Part shown: positions 19,659 through 26,845 of the stretch, in pieces | Layout: each line of letters begins with the position of its first letter | How positions within the stretch are numbered: position 1 is the first letter of the stretch | Virus record (IMG/VR): IMGVR_UViG_3300048923_000295 | Span: 1 to 64,000 of that record | Origin: a virus | Lineage: Duplodnaviria; Caudoviricetes | Strand: one strand, 5' to 3' | Length of the DNA stretch: 64,000 nucleotides | The notes under the pieces: model-generated | The model's input: the letters and a program-made list of their open reading frames with translations, nothing else | What the model was told of the DNA's origin: nothing | Databases searched by the model: none | Made by a program: the position numbers and the translations under genes

Positions 19659-20225
19659 ATGATCGAGGACACCACCAAGCGCGCCCCGATGCTCCACCTC
19701 CTCGGCGCCTTGTCCGACGGCCCCTCCGGCTACATCGAGGGCATGGAGGCCGGCGGCGGCCGGCAGCTCGCCGCCTCCGACCTCCTACCCACCGACCTCT
19801 CCCCAGCCGACGAGGGCGCCTGGACCGCGCTCGGGTTCACCCTCGGCGACACGGTCGACGGCGACCCCCTGTTCCGCCACGCCACCTTGCCGGAGGGCTG
19901 GACCCGCCGCTCCCACCAGGATCCGCGCGGCTCGGACATCCTCGACACCCGCGGCATCCCCAGGGTGTCGATCTTCTACAAGGCGGCGTTCTACGACCGG
20001 CGGGCGTCCGCGAGCATCGTCAACGTCGGTTCCGTCGTCGCGAACACCGCGATCTACGACGACGGCGACTACATGATCCCCTGGGATCTGCTGACCGCCG
20101 ACGAGACGGCGACCGTCGTCCGTGTGCTCGACGAGTACCTCGCCGACGTCGCCGACTATCCGGGCACCCACGGTCAGCGCGTTCCCCGCGTGCAGGCGCT
20201 CCGCAGCTCGGCGCCGTCCACCTGA
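19659..20225 (+). CDS. Conserved actinophage hypothetical protein
   Basis: AAGGAAAG RBS; LPEGWTR, SIFYKAAFYDRRA. Confidence 0.7.
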   Translation: MIEDTTKRAPMLHLLGALSDGPSGYIEGMEAGGGRQLAASDLLPTDLSPADEGAWTALGFTLGDTVDGDPLFRHATLPEGWTRRSHQDPRGSDILDTRGIPRVSIFYKAAFYDRRASASIVNVGSVVANTAIYDDGDYMIPWDLLTADETATVVRVLDEYLADVADYPGTHGQRVPRVQALRSSAPST

Positions 20226-20360
20226 GACCGGCCGTCCGGCCCGGCCCTGTCTCCCCGGGCCGGACGGCCACCCCCGGTTCTGTTCCACCGTCTCCCGGTC
20301 TCGGCACCCCCCGAGCCGGGCCGGGAGGCGGCGGTACAGAACCGACCCGAGAGGACCACG

Positions 20361-20936
20361 ATGCGCTTCGCGTTGGAGCTGACCGGCGCCACACCGTTGG
20401 TCATGCACAACATCCGTCTGGCCGACGAAGACGACGAGATCGTCATGGAGATCAAGAAGCTGACGAGTAAGAAAACGAAGACGAAGCAGGACCGAGACGA
20501 AATCGGCCGCTTGGAGTGGTACGGCGGTCTCTACACCGACCAGGGGAAGGTGGTGATGCCGACCGAGAACTTCAAGCGGTGCGTTGCCGAGATTGCCAAG
20601 GTTCGGAAGCTCGGCAAGGCGGTCGAGCGGGCGATGTTGCCCCTCGACGGTCTTCACGTTCCACTCATCCACGATGGCCCGCAGTCCCTCGAAGAACTGT
20701 GCTCCTCCGACGTCTACCGACTCAGGAAGTCGGTGGGCGTGATGGGCAGGCGTGTTACGCGAGTCAGGCCGCGATTCCCGGCCTGGGGCCTGACGCTGTC
20801 CGTGGAACTGCTGGCGGACGTCATGGACCCTGGCACCTTTGTCGACCTCGTCCATCTCGCCGGCCGCGCCGAGGGCCTTGGCGACGGAAGGCGCATCGGC
20901 TATGGACGATTCTCGGCCACGATAAAGGAGGTATGA
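20361..20936 (+). CDS. Stand-alone Cas7/RAMP-like RNA-binding protein (candidate guide-RNA filament subunit)
   Basis: N-terminal LELTGATPLVMH (RAMP beta1-like), VTRVRPRF, and C-terminal glycine loop EGLGDGRRIGYGRF; adjacent to GGY-NN arrays. Confidence 0.75.
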   Translation: MRFALELTGATPLVMHNIRLADEDDEIVMEIKKLTSKKTKTKQDRDEIGRLEWYGGLYTDQGKVVMPTENFKRCVAEIAKVRKLGKAVERAMLPLDGLHVPLIHDGPQSLEELCSSDVYRLRKSVGVMGRRVTRVRPRFPAWGLTLSVELLADVMDPGTFVDLVHLAGRAEGLGDGRRIGYGRFSATIKEV

Positions 20937-20957
20937 TGCTGAAGCAGGCCGCCGCCA

Positions 20958-21027
20958 GGACCGGCATGGCTAGGCGGGGCTCGGCCTGGTTGGGCCAGGC
21001 ATTGCGCGGTAAGGCTGGGTTGGGCGG
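20958..21027 (+). ncRNA. GGY-NN pentamer array 0 (candidate guide RNA)
   Basis: GGA CC GGC AT GGC TA GGC GG GGC TC GGC CT GGT TG GGC CA GGC AT TGC GC GGT AA GGC TG GGT TG GGC GG. Confidence 0.75.
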
Positions 21028-21036
21028 TGGGCTGGC

Positions 21037-21549
21037 GTGAGCCCGTTCACCGCCCGCAGCCCCGACGGCCGCTCGGAATGGCAGATCGTCCGCGACCTCA
21101 TCGCCACCTACAGCCTGAAGCCGGGCGACATCCTCCCCTACCACGATCTCCACGTCGCCCTGAACAGGGACGAGGAAGAGCGGCAGGCCGTCCAACGGGC
21201 CGCCCGCGAAGCCTCACGACACATGCTCCAGCTCGACAAGAGATGCCTGGTCCCGGTGCCGAACGAGGGCTACCGGCTGGCGCTCCCCAGCGAGCACGTG
21301 CGCGTCGCCAAGGAACGGGAGGCGCGGGGGGTCCGCCAGTTCGCCCGAGCGATCAAGGTGTACGACGGCACCCCGCTCGACGAACTGAAGCCCGCCGAGC
21401 GCGAACTTCACCTCAACACCTCCATGCTCGCCAAGACCGCTTTCGCCGCTCTCGATGATCACGAGAAGAGGCTACGGAGACTGGAAAATGTGATCGGTGG
21501 GATCGCCGGACCCAAAATCATTGATCACGACCCGGAAGAGATAGTGTAA
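21037..21549 (+). CDS. Partner protein of the RAMP/array locus (possible wHTH plus coiled coil)
   Basis: 170 aa between arrays; LPYHDLHVAL...AVQRAAREASRHML...LVPVPNEGYRLA suggests a wHTH. Confidence 0.65.
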   Translation: MSPFTARSPDGRSEWQIVRDLIATYSLKPGDILPYHDLHVALNRDEEERQAVQRAAREASRHMLQLDKRCLVPVPNEGYRLALPSEHVRVAKEREARGVRQFARAIKVYDGTPLDELKPAERELHLNTSMLAKTAFAALDDHEKRLRRLENVIGGIAGPKIIDHDPEEIV

Positions 21550-21563
21550 AGAACACAGTTCTG

Positions 21564-21707
21564 GGCCGCGCAGGTTAGGGCGGGGCCCGGCTAGGCGGGG
21601 CTGCGCTAGGCAGGTCCCGGCGGGGAAGGGAAGGCTGGGGCGCTTTCATGCGCGGGTGGCGGGCAGGCATCAACGTTCGAGCCGTTGACACCCACGGCCG
21701 AAAGGCC
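21564..21707 (+). ncRNA. Array unit 1: GGY-NN tract, hairpin, tRNA-like module, GNRA hairpin
   Basis: Tract 21564-21642 (degenerate, 1-nt slip near 21627); GCGC-TTTCAT-GCGC; GGGTG/CACCC-A; CAACG-TTCGAGC-CGTTG; GGCC-GAAA-GGCC. Confidence 0.75.
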
Positions 21708-21718
21708 GATTAACTCGC

Positions 21719-21849
21719 GGCGTGGCTTGGCCCGGCTCGGCAAGGCGAGGCGGGGCGAGGCGCGGCGTGGTGAGGCTGGGGCGCTTTCATGCGCGGGAGG
21801 CTGGCAGCCATCGGGGTTCGAGGCCCCGACTCCCACGGTCGCAAGACCG
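21719..21849 (+). ncRNA. Array unit 2
   Basis: 12 perfect GGY-NN (21719-21778); GCGC-TTTCAT-GCGC; GGGAG/CTCCC-A; TCGGGG-TTCGAGG-CCCCGA; CGGTC-GCAA-GACCG. Confidence 0.85.
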
Positions 21850-21860
21850 ATTCAGGTAAA

Positions 21861-21996
21861 GGCGCGGCTAGGTCAGGCTCGGCCGGGCGAGGCACGGCAT
21901 GGCATGGCTGGGCCGGGGAAGGCTGGGGCATCTTCGGATGCGGGCGGATGGCATACACGCGGGGTTCGAGTCCCCGGCGCCCACGGCCGAAAGGCC
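21861..21996 (+). ncRNA. Array unit 3
   Basis: 11 perfect GGY-NN then GGG AA GGC TG GGG; GCATC-TTCG-GATGC; GGGCG/CGCCC-A; CGGGG-TTCGAGT-CCCCG; GGCC-GAAA-GGCC. Confidence 0.85.
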
Positions 21997-22011
21997 AGCA
22001 CGGTTCAGACT

Positions 22012-22084
22012 GGCGGGGCCGGGATAGGTGTGGCACCGCTGGGCGCGTCTAGGCGCGGCGCCGCTGGGCCTGGCAAAGCTGGGA
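22012..22084 (+). ncRNA. Array unit 4 (more degenerate tract)
   Basis: GGC GG GGC CG GGA TA GGT GT GGC AC CGC TG GGC GC GTC TA GGC GC GGC GC CGC TG GGC CT GGC AA AGC TG GGA. Confidence 0.7.
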
Positions 22085-22115
22085 GCGGGGGGGCGACTCG
22101 AAGTCGCCCCCCCGC
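22085..22115 (+). terminator. 14-bp hairpin closing the array transcript
   Basis: GCGGGGGGGCGACT-CGA-AGTCGCCCCCCCGC. Confidence 0.65.
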
Positions 22116-22256
22116 ATTCAAAGCAATTTGAACACATCCGAGAGGACCCCTGTTGCGCGTTCGTCTCCGCCGTGCCGCCTGCCGCTGCCGACATCGCCGA
22201 CGACCTGCTCGACCTCGTCACCGACCTGATCACCCGCTGACCGAACGGAACCGATC

Positions 22257-22379
22257 ATGAAGAGACGCATCCTCCCCGCCGTCGCGCTCGCCGGCACGCT
22301 GGCGCTGACCGCGACCGGCTGCGACGACAACCGGGCCGCCCTCGCCGTCGCCCCGAACGACCCCCGGTGCTCCGGATGA
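22257..22379 (+). CDS. 40-aa putative lipoprotein
   Basis: MKRRILPAVALAGTLALTATG-C lipobox; not in the ORF track. Confidence 0.55.
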   Translation: MKRRILPAVALAGTLALTATGCDDNRAALAVAPNDPRCSG

Positions 22380-22795
22380 TCATGCGCACCCTGAACCTCA
22401 GCGCCGACCCGCCGACCCTCGATGGCCAGCCGATCCCCTACCCGCACGCCTGGGAGATCTCCTCCCGCGGCATCCGGGTGAACGGCGCCCGTCTCTTCGG
22501 CGTCCGCGCCGTCCACGGCGGCCGGACGATCGAGACCGCGGACCCTGACCCGGATGGCCGCTGCTGCGACCTGCACGGCCGGTGGGGCGCCGACTGTGGA
22601 TGCACGGTCCCGGCTCCGGCGTCCGCCGCACCCTCCCCGCTGGCGGTCCGTCTCGCCGAGCTCGCCACCCGCTGGGAGCAGGCCGCTGCGGACATGCCCG
22701 ACACCGCCGGCCCGGCCGCGAGCGCCGCCCGCGCGCATCTGCGGGCCTGCGCACGCGACCTTCGCAAGGAGCTGGAAGGCGGCGGCCATGCGTAG
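22376..22795 (+). CDS. Hypothetical protein
   Basis: ATGA-coupled to the upstream ORF. Confidence 0.55.
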   Translation: MIMRTLNLSADPPTLDGQPIPYPHAWEISSRGIRVNGARLFGVRAVHGGRTIETADPDPDGRCCDLHGRWGADCGCTVPAPASAAPSPLAVRLAELATRWEQAAADMPDTAGPAASAARAHLRACARDLRKELEGGGHA

Positions 22796-23033
22796 CCGAC
22801 TCGCCGCCGGTCTGCTTGCCGTCGCGCTGGCCACGGCCGGTCTGGTGGCCTGCCAGTCGGGCAGCGCCTGCGCCTCCCCGCCGCTAGTCCTGGCCCGCGG
22901 CGCCGGCAGCCACGGAGGTCACAGCTCCGGCCACGGCCACAGCTCCAGCCACGGGGGCAGCCGGAGTCGTCCCCACGCCCCGCATCCGGTCGTCGTTCAC
23001 CCCGGCGGCAGCGGCAGGCACTGTGATGACTGA
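22788..23033 (+). CDS. His/Gly/Ser-rich putative lipoprotein
   Basis: MRSRLAAGLLAVALATAGLVA-C; GSHGGHSSGHGHSSSHGGS. Confidence 0.6.
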   Translation: MRSRLAAGLLAVALATAGLVACQSGSACASPPLVLARGAGSHGGHSSGHGHSSSHGGSRSRPHAPHPVVVHPGGSGRHCDD

Positions 23034-23751
23034 CCCGACCCTGCCGGAGGAGCTGCGCGCCCGCCTGGCCGCCGCCGGCCGCCAGGTGCACCGCACACTC
23101 GGCCCGGACGACGATTCCCGCGCGCTCGCCCTCGAGGTCCGCGCCGCCGGCCTCTGCGCCCAGATCTGCCCCGTAGCCGAGGGCCCCGACGCGGAGGCCA
23201 CCGGCTGGCGGCACGACATCTGCGTCCTGGCGCCGGACCATCTCGACCGCCACCGGTCGGCGCTGTGGACCCGGTGGGGCCTGGACTGGCACGAGATGCG
23301 AGACCGGGCCCTCGCTCTCGCCGACCGTGTCAGGGCCACCGAAGAGCGCGCCGAGGAGCTGGAGGCCGAGCTGGTCGGCACCCGAGACGCCCTCGCGCTG
23401 GCCACCCGGGATCGGGGGCACTGGCGGGACGCCCACCTCCGCCTCCGCGGCCAGGTCGAGGCGCTGCTGGGATCCATGGGGTTCGCGCCGGGCTCCTACT
23501 CGAACGGCTGGGACGACGCCCTCGGCCGGGTGCTCGACACGCTGCTCCCACCCGAGGCCGACCGGGACGCGGACGGCCGTCCCCCGCTCGGCGCCCGGGT
23601 CACCGTGACCGTGACCGGCATCGTCGACCCGGGCCGTTACGACGGCACCCAGGCCTACATCTCCGCGTCACGGTCCCAGCTCGACGGAGACCTGTGGCTC
23701 GACAAACCCACCATCGTCATCACCGCCGCGCCTACCGAGGAGACCCGTTGA
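23023..23751 (+). CDS. Coiled-coil hypothetical protein
   Basis: 242 aa, heptad-rich middle. Confidence 0.6.
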   Translation: MMTDPTLPEELRARLAAAGRQVHRTLGPDDDSRALALEVRAAGLCAQICPVAEGPDAEATGWRHDICVLAPDHLDRHRSALWTRWGLDWHEMRDRALALADRVRATEERAEELEAELVGTRDALALATRDRGHWRDAHLRLRGQVEALLGSMGFAPGSYSNGWDDALGRVLDTLLPPEADRDADGRPPLGARVTVTVTGIVDPGRYDGTQAYISASRSQLDGDLWLDKPTIVITAAPTEETR

Positions 23752-24164
23752 CCGCCACCGCCGTCGAGCTGCCGCCATGCCGAGTCTGCGGCTGCACCGC
23801 CGACGACCCGTGCCCCCTCGGCCGGCACAACTCGGTTTCCTGCCTGCCAGTGCCGGACCCGAAGGGCTCGCCGCGGCTGTGCAACTGGTGCGCGGGCAAG
23901 GAGGAGGGCGCGGTCCGCTGCGACGTCCTCGCGTCCGGTCTGCTCGCCGGCCCCGAGCCGGTGCGCTGCGCGATGGGCGCCATCCACGCCGCCCATTACC
24001 GCTGCGCTCGCGGCCACGACCGCCACATCAACGTCTGCCGCATGCACCACGGCGACCAGGGCGACATCCCGGCCGACTGCGCCGAGTGCCCGCACGCCGA
24101 TCAGGTGCCGGTCCGGCTCGTCTCCTCCGCCCTCCTCTATCCGCCGACCGCACCGCCGGCCTGA
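23748..24164 (+). CDS. Cys/His-rich Zn-binding protein
   Basis: CRVCGCTADDPC, CNWC, HYRCARGH, CAEC. Confidence 0.55.
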   Translation: MTATAVELPPCRVCGCTADDPCPLGRHNSVSCLPVPDPKGSPRLCNWCAGKEEGAVRCDVLASGLLAGPEPVRCAMGAIHAAHYRCARGHDRHINVCRMHHGDQGDIPADCAECPHADQVPVRLVSSALLYPPTAPPA

Positions 24165-24250
24165 CGCGCAGCGGCAGCGCAAGACGCCGAACGGCCCCCG
24201 CCCGGAGACCCTCCCCCCGGGCGAGGGCCGTTCGTCCGTTCTGGGACCGC

Positions 24251-26536
24251 TCAAGCGGCGGCACCGGCCAGCCAGGCGGGCACCGTGTCCGGCGCCTTCG
24301 CGAAGCTCGGGCAGGCGGTCACGTCCAGCGCGTTCCGCGCCCGCGTCACTGCGACGTACAGGAGCATCAGCTCGTCCGCGTTGCCGTCGAGCTGGCCGGG
24401 CGGCGGGAAGTCCGCGGCGAGCTTCACCGTGTCCCACTCCAGCCCCTTGACGCAGTGCACGGTGCCCACCGTGACGTCCGCAGCCCGCAGGTCGGACAGA
24501 TCCGCCAGCCCCGCGATGATCGCCTCCGGGCCGAAGTCCTCGACCAGCTTCACGAGCAGCGCAATGTCACTGCCGAGCTCGTCGAACTCGCAGTTGTGGG
24601 AGAGCAGGCCCTCGGCGATGAAGGTGCGGGCGTCCGTACGTACAGCGACGACCTCGCGCTCTCCCACGTACTCGACATTGACGACCTTGGTCCGGGGGGT
24701 GCGGCCAATCTGGCGACGCTCCCACAAGCCTCCGGCCGCCGCGACTAGGCGCTCAGGGCGCGTAGTACCCAGCAGGCGCAGCTGCTCGGAGAGCCCTCCT
24801 CGTATGACAAGTTGCCGCACCTCGCTTGGGGCGCTGCCATGCGCGTAGTCGCCGAACTCGAAGCCTCGGTCCTTGAGCAAGGAACGAACCCGCTCAAGCA
24901 CCGGCCCCTCCTTCTGAGAGATTGACAAGTGACGGTTGCGGCTGCTCTCACCCCGGCAGCCAGCGGACCCCTCACCGTCGAACATGCCCGCCAACCAGCC
25001 GGCATCCTTGGTGTCTTCCTCCTCCCACCGCCCGAGAGTCAGGATCGGCGTGCCGGGCGAGAGCCGCTCCGTGTGCATCCAACGGAGGTTGTTGCCTTGC
25101 TGGACGATCCAGCGATGCTCGGCACTCGCTGTGACCGTGGTGCCGTCGTCCGTGGTGATGCGGTAGCACGGCCTAGTGATGGTCTTGACACTCTCCACGA
25201 CGGCCGTCCGATACCGGCGTCCTCGCGCATCCGCCGGCGTCTCCTCATCGAAACCTACGAGACGGTCGCCCGGCTCCAGAGTGTCAATGGTCTGCCAGCG
25301 AAGATCTGAGGTGAGCACTCTCGTCTCTGGCGCGAGACAGTAATCCTGCACCTGCCCCCACGTCGAGAAGCAGGACAGCTCCGGGTGCGCCGTCCACCCT
25401 TGGTCGCGGAGCTCGATCGCACCGCGGGCGAAGGAGACGACGGCCTGCGCCGTGTTCCCCACCAAGTGGACCTTCCTTCCGGCCTTCATCAGCGTCAGCG
25501 CCTCGGACACGGCCGTCGCATTGGTGCGGCAGAGGATCGCGTCGATCATCTCGCACGGGCCGATGTAACCGGCTTCGTCGTCGCTGCCGGGCCTGCCCTT
25601 GAGCCGCAGGGGGGTGTCGAGCTGGGCGAGGAGGGTGTTCGCGAAGTCGGCGAGGTCCTGACCGAACCGGAACGACTGGGACAGGTAGGCGGTGCGGTCG
25701 ACCTCGATGTTCTTGAAGGCGTCCAGGCAGCCGTTGAACGAGTTGATCGCCTGGGCCGAGTCGCCTACCAGTACCACGCGGCTGCCGAGCTGCATCTGCT
25801 TCTTGATGATCGAAAGCATGATCGGACTCATGTCCTGCGCCTCGTCGATCATGAGAATTTCGGCGCCGATCCACGGCATCCGCCGCACACCCGGCCGCGA
25901 CGGGTGCAGCCCCAGCTCCCACATCTTCAGGAAGTGCGCCGGGCTGTACGGCAGGACCCCGTTCGTCTTCTGCGCGTCCTCCCACGCACGGTTCAGCGCC
26001 GGGAGCATCCGCGCCCGGAGCATGTCGTTGGCCTTGTAGGTGCGCTTCCCAGTCGCCGAGTCGGGGGCGTCGATCCCGTCCACATACCGGAAATGGTCGA
26101 CACTGGGCGCCTCGGCGTCGGACTGGCAGAACCGGCCGAGCGCCCGCAGCACGTAGGACGCGAGCCACGCCGGACGCAGCGCCCGCGATCCCCCACCGAT
26201 CTGCGGCACCCACACCGGCTCGTTGATGCCGAGCGCCTTCGCGTTCTCCGCCGAGGTGCGCCGCACGTTCGACCGTCCGGAGAACTCCCGGCCGACCGCG
26301 TCGAACGCGAATCCGTGCATCGTCCGGACCCGCACGTTCCGGCCCATCTTGCCCTTCTGCTCCTGGCAGATGGCCTTGTTGAACGCCGTGTAGGCGACCC
26401 GCCGGTCCCGGTATTCGTGGGCGATCGCGCGGAGCACCGTCGACTTTCCGCAGCCTGCCCCGGCCTGGATGGCGAGGTGGCCGCCTTCAGCGAACAGGTC
26501 GATGGCCTTCTGCTGCTCGGGTGTGGGCTGGAACAT
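24251..26536 (-). CDS. UvrD/REP-family SF1 helicase with intein
   Basis: AGAGCGKS, YTAFNK, IDEAQD, LVGDSAQAI, LSQSFRFG, CRTNA, TVHCVKGLEW, YVAVTRA. Confidence 0.9.
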   Translation of the reverse strand: MFQPTPEQQKAIDLFAEGGHLAIQAGAGCGKSTVLRAIAHEYRDRRVAYTAFNKAICQEQKGKMGRNVRVRTMHGFAFDAVGREFSGRSNVRRTSAENAKALGINEPVWVPQIGGGSRALRPAWLASYVLRALGRFCQSDAEAPSVDHFRYVDGIDAPDSATGKRTYKANDMLRARMLPALNRAWEDAQKTNGVLPYSPAHFLKMWELGLHPSRPGVRRMPWIGAEILMIDEAQDMSPIMLSIIKKQMQLGSRVVLVGDSAQAINSFNGCLDAFKNIEVDRTAYLSQSFRFGQDLADFANTLLAQLDTPLRLKGRPGSDDEAGYIGPCEMIDAILCRTNATAVSEALTLMKAGRKVHLVGNTAQAVVSFARGAIELRDQGWTAHPELSCFSTWGQVQDYCLAPETRVLTSDLRWQTIDTLEPGDRLVGFDEETPADARGRRYRTAVVESVKTITRPCYRITTDDGTTVTASAEHRWIVQQGNNLRWMHTERLSPGTPILTLGRWEEEDTKDAGWLAGMFDGEGSAGCRGESSRNRHLSISQKEGPVLERVRSLLKDRGFEFGDYAHGSAPSEVRQLVIRGGLSEQLRLLGTTRPERLVAAAGGLWERRQIGRTPRTKVVNVEYVGEREVVAVRTDARTFIAEGLLSHNCEFDELGSDIALLVKLVEDFGPEAIIAGLADLSDLRAADVTVGTVHCVKGLEWDTVKLAADFPPPGQLDGNADELMLLYVAVTRARNALDVTACPSFAKAPDTVPAWLAGAAA
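24593..25339 (-). mobile_element. Intein (249 aa) with LAGLIDADG motif
   Basis: Starts CLAPETRVLT, TASAEHRW block B, WLAGMFDGEGS, ends FIAEGLLSHN followed by Cys +1. Confidence 0.9.
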
Positions 26537-26649
26537 CAGGGTCCCCCTTCGTCTCGATTCTACCGAAACCTACCATATTCGTAGTTTCGACGAAATTACC
26601 ATACCGGCAGACCTCGACCACCACTCTCCGTAGCCGGATCCGGTGGCCG

Positions 26650-26747
26650 GACATCCGGACATCCGCCCACCCATCGCGCAGGCACGCGCGGGCACACAGG
26701 CGATCCGGACGTCCGCCCGGACAACCCAGGACGTCACCCAACGTCAC
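26650..26747 (+). repeat. Cluster of 8-bp direct repeats (candidate clt)
   Basis: GACATCCG x2 tandem (26650, 26658), GACGTCCG 26708, GACAACCC 26720, GACGTCAC 26730, AACGTCAC 26740. Confidence 0.45.
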
Positions 26748-26845
26748 AGCACTCCCGACCGGGGGAGGGGATCCCGATCTACGAAATGGTCGGATCGGCG
26801 ATAGGGTGACAACACCTATCCCGCCCTCGGCGAAAGCGAGCCCCC

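Noticed and set aside
21654-21983. Calling the spacer modules real tRNA genes
   Set aside because: Only ~40 nt each, with a 5-bp stem and no anticodon arm.
20361-22115. Calling the locus a CRISPR array or type I/III/IV CRISPR-Cas
   Set aside because: No 25-40-bp identical repeats with unique spacers and no other cas genes; the periodicity is 5 nt.
21685-22131. Track ORFs over the arrays (ARLGKARRGEARRG...)
   Set aside because: Low-complexity translations of the pentamer repeat, with no RBS; the conserved features here are RNA structures.
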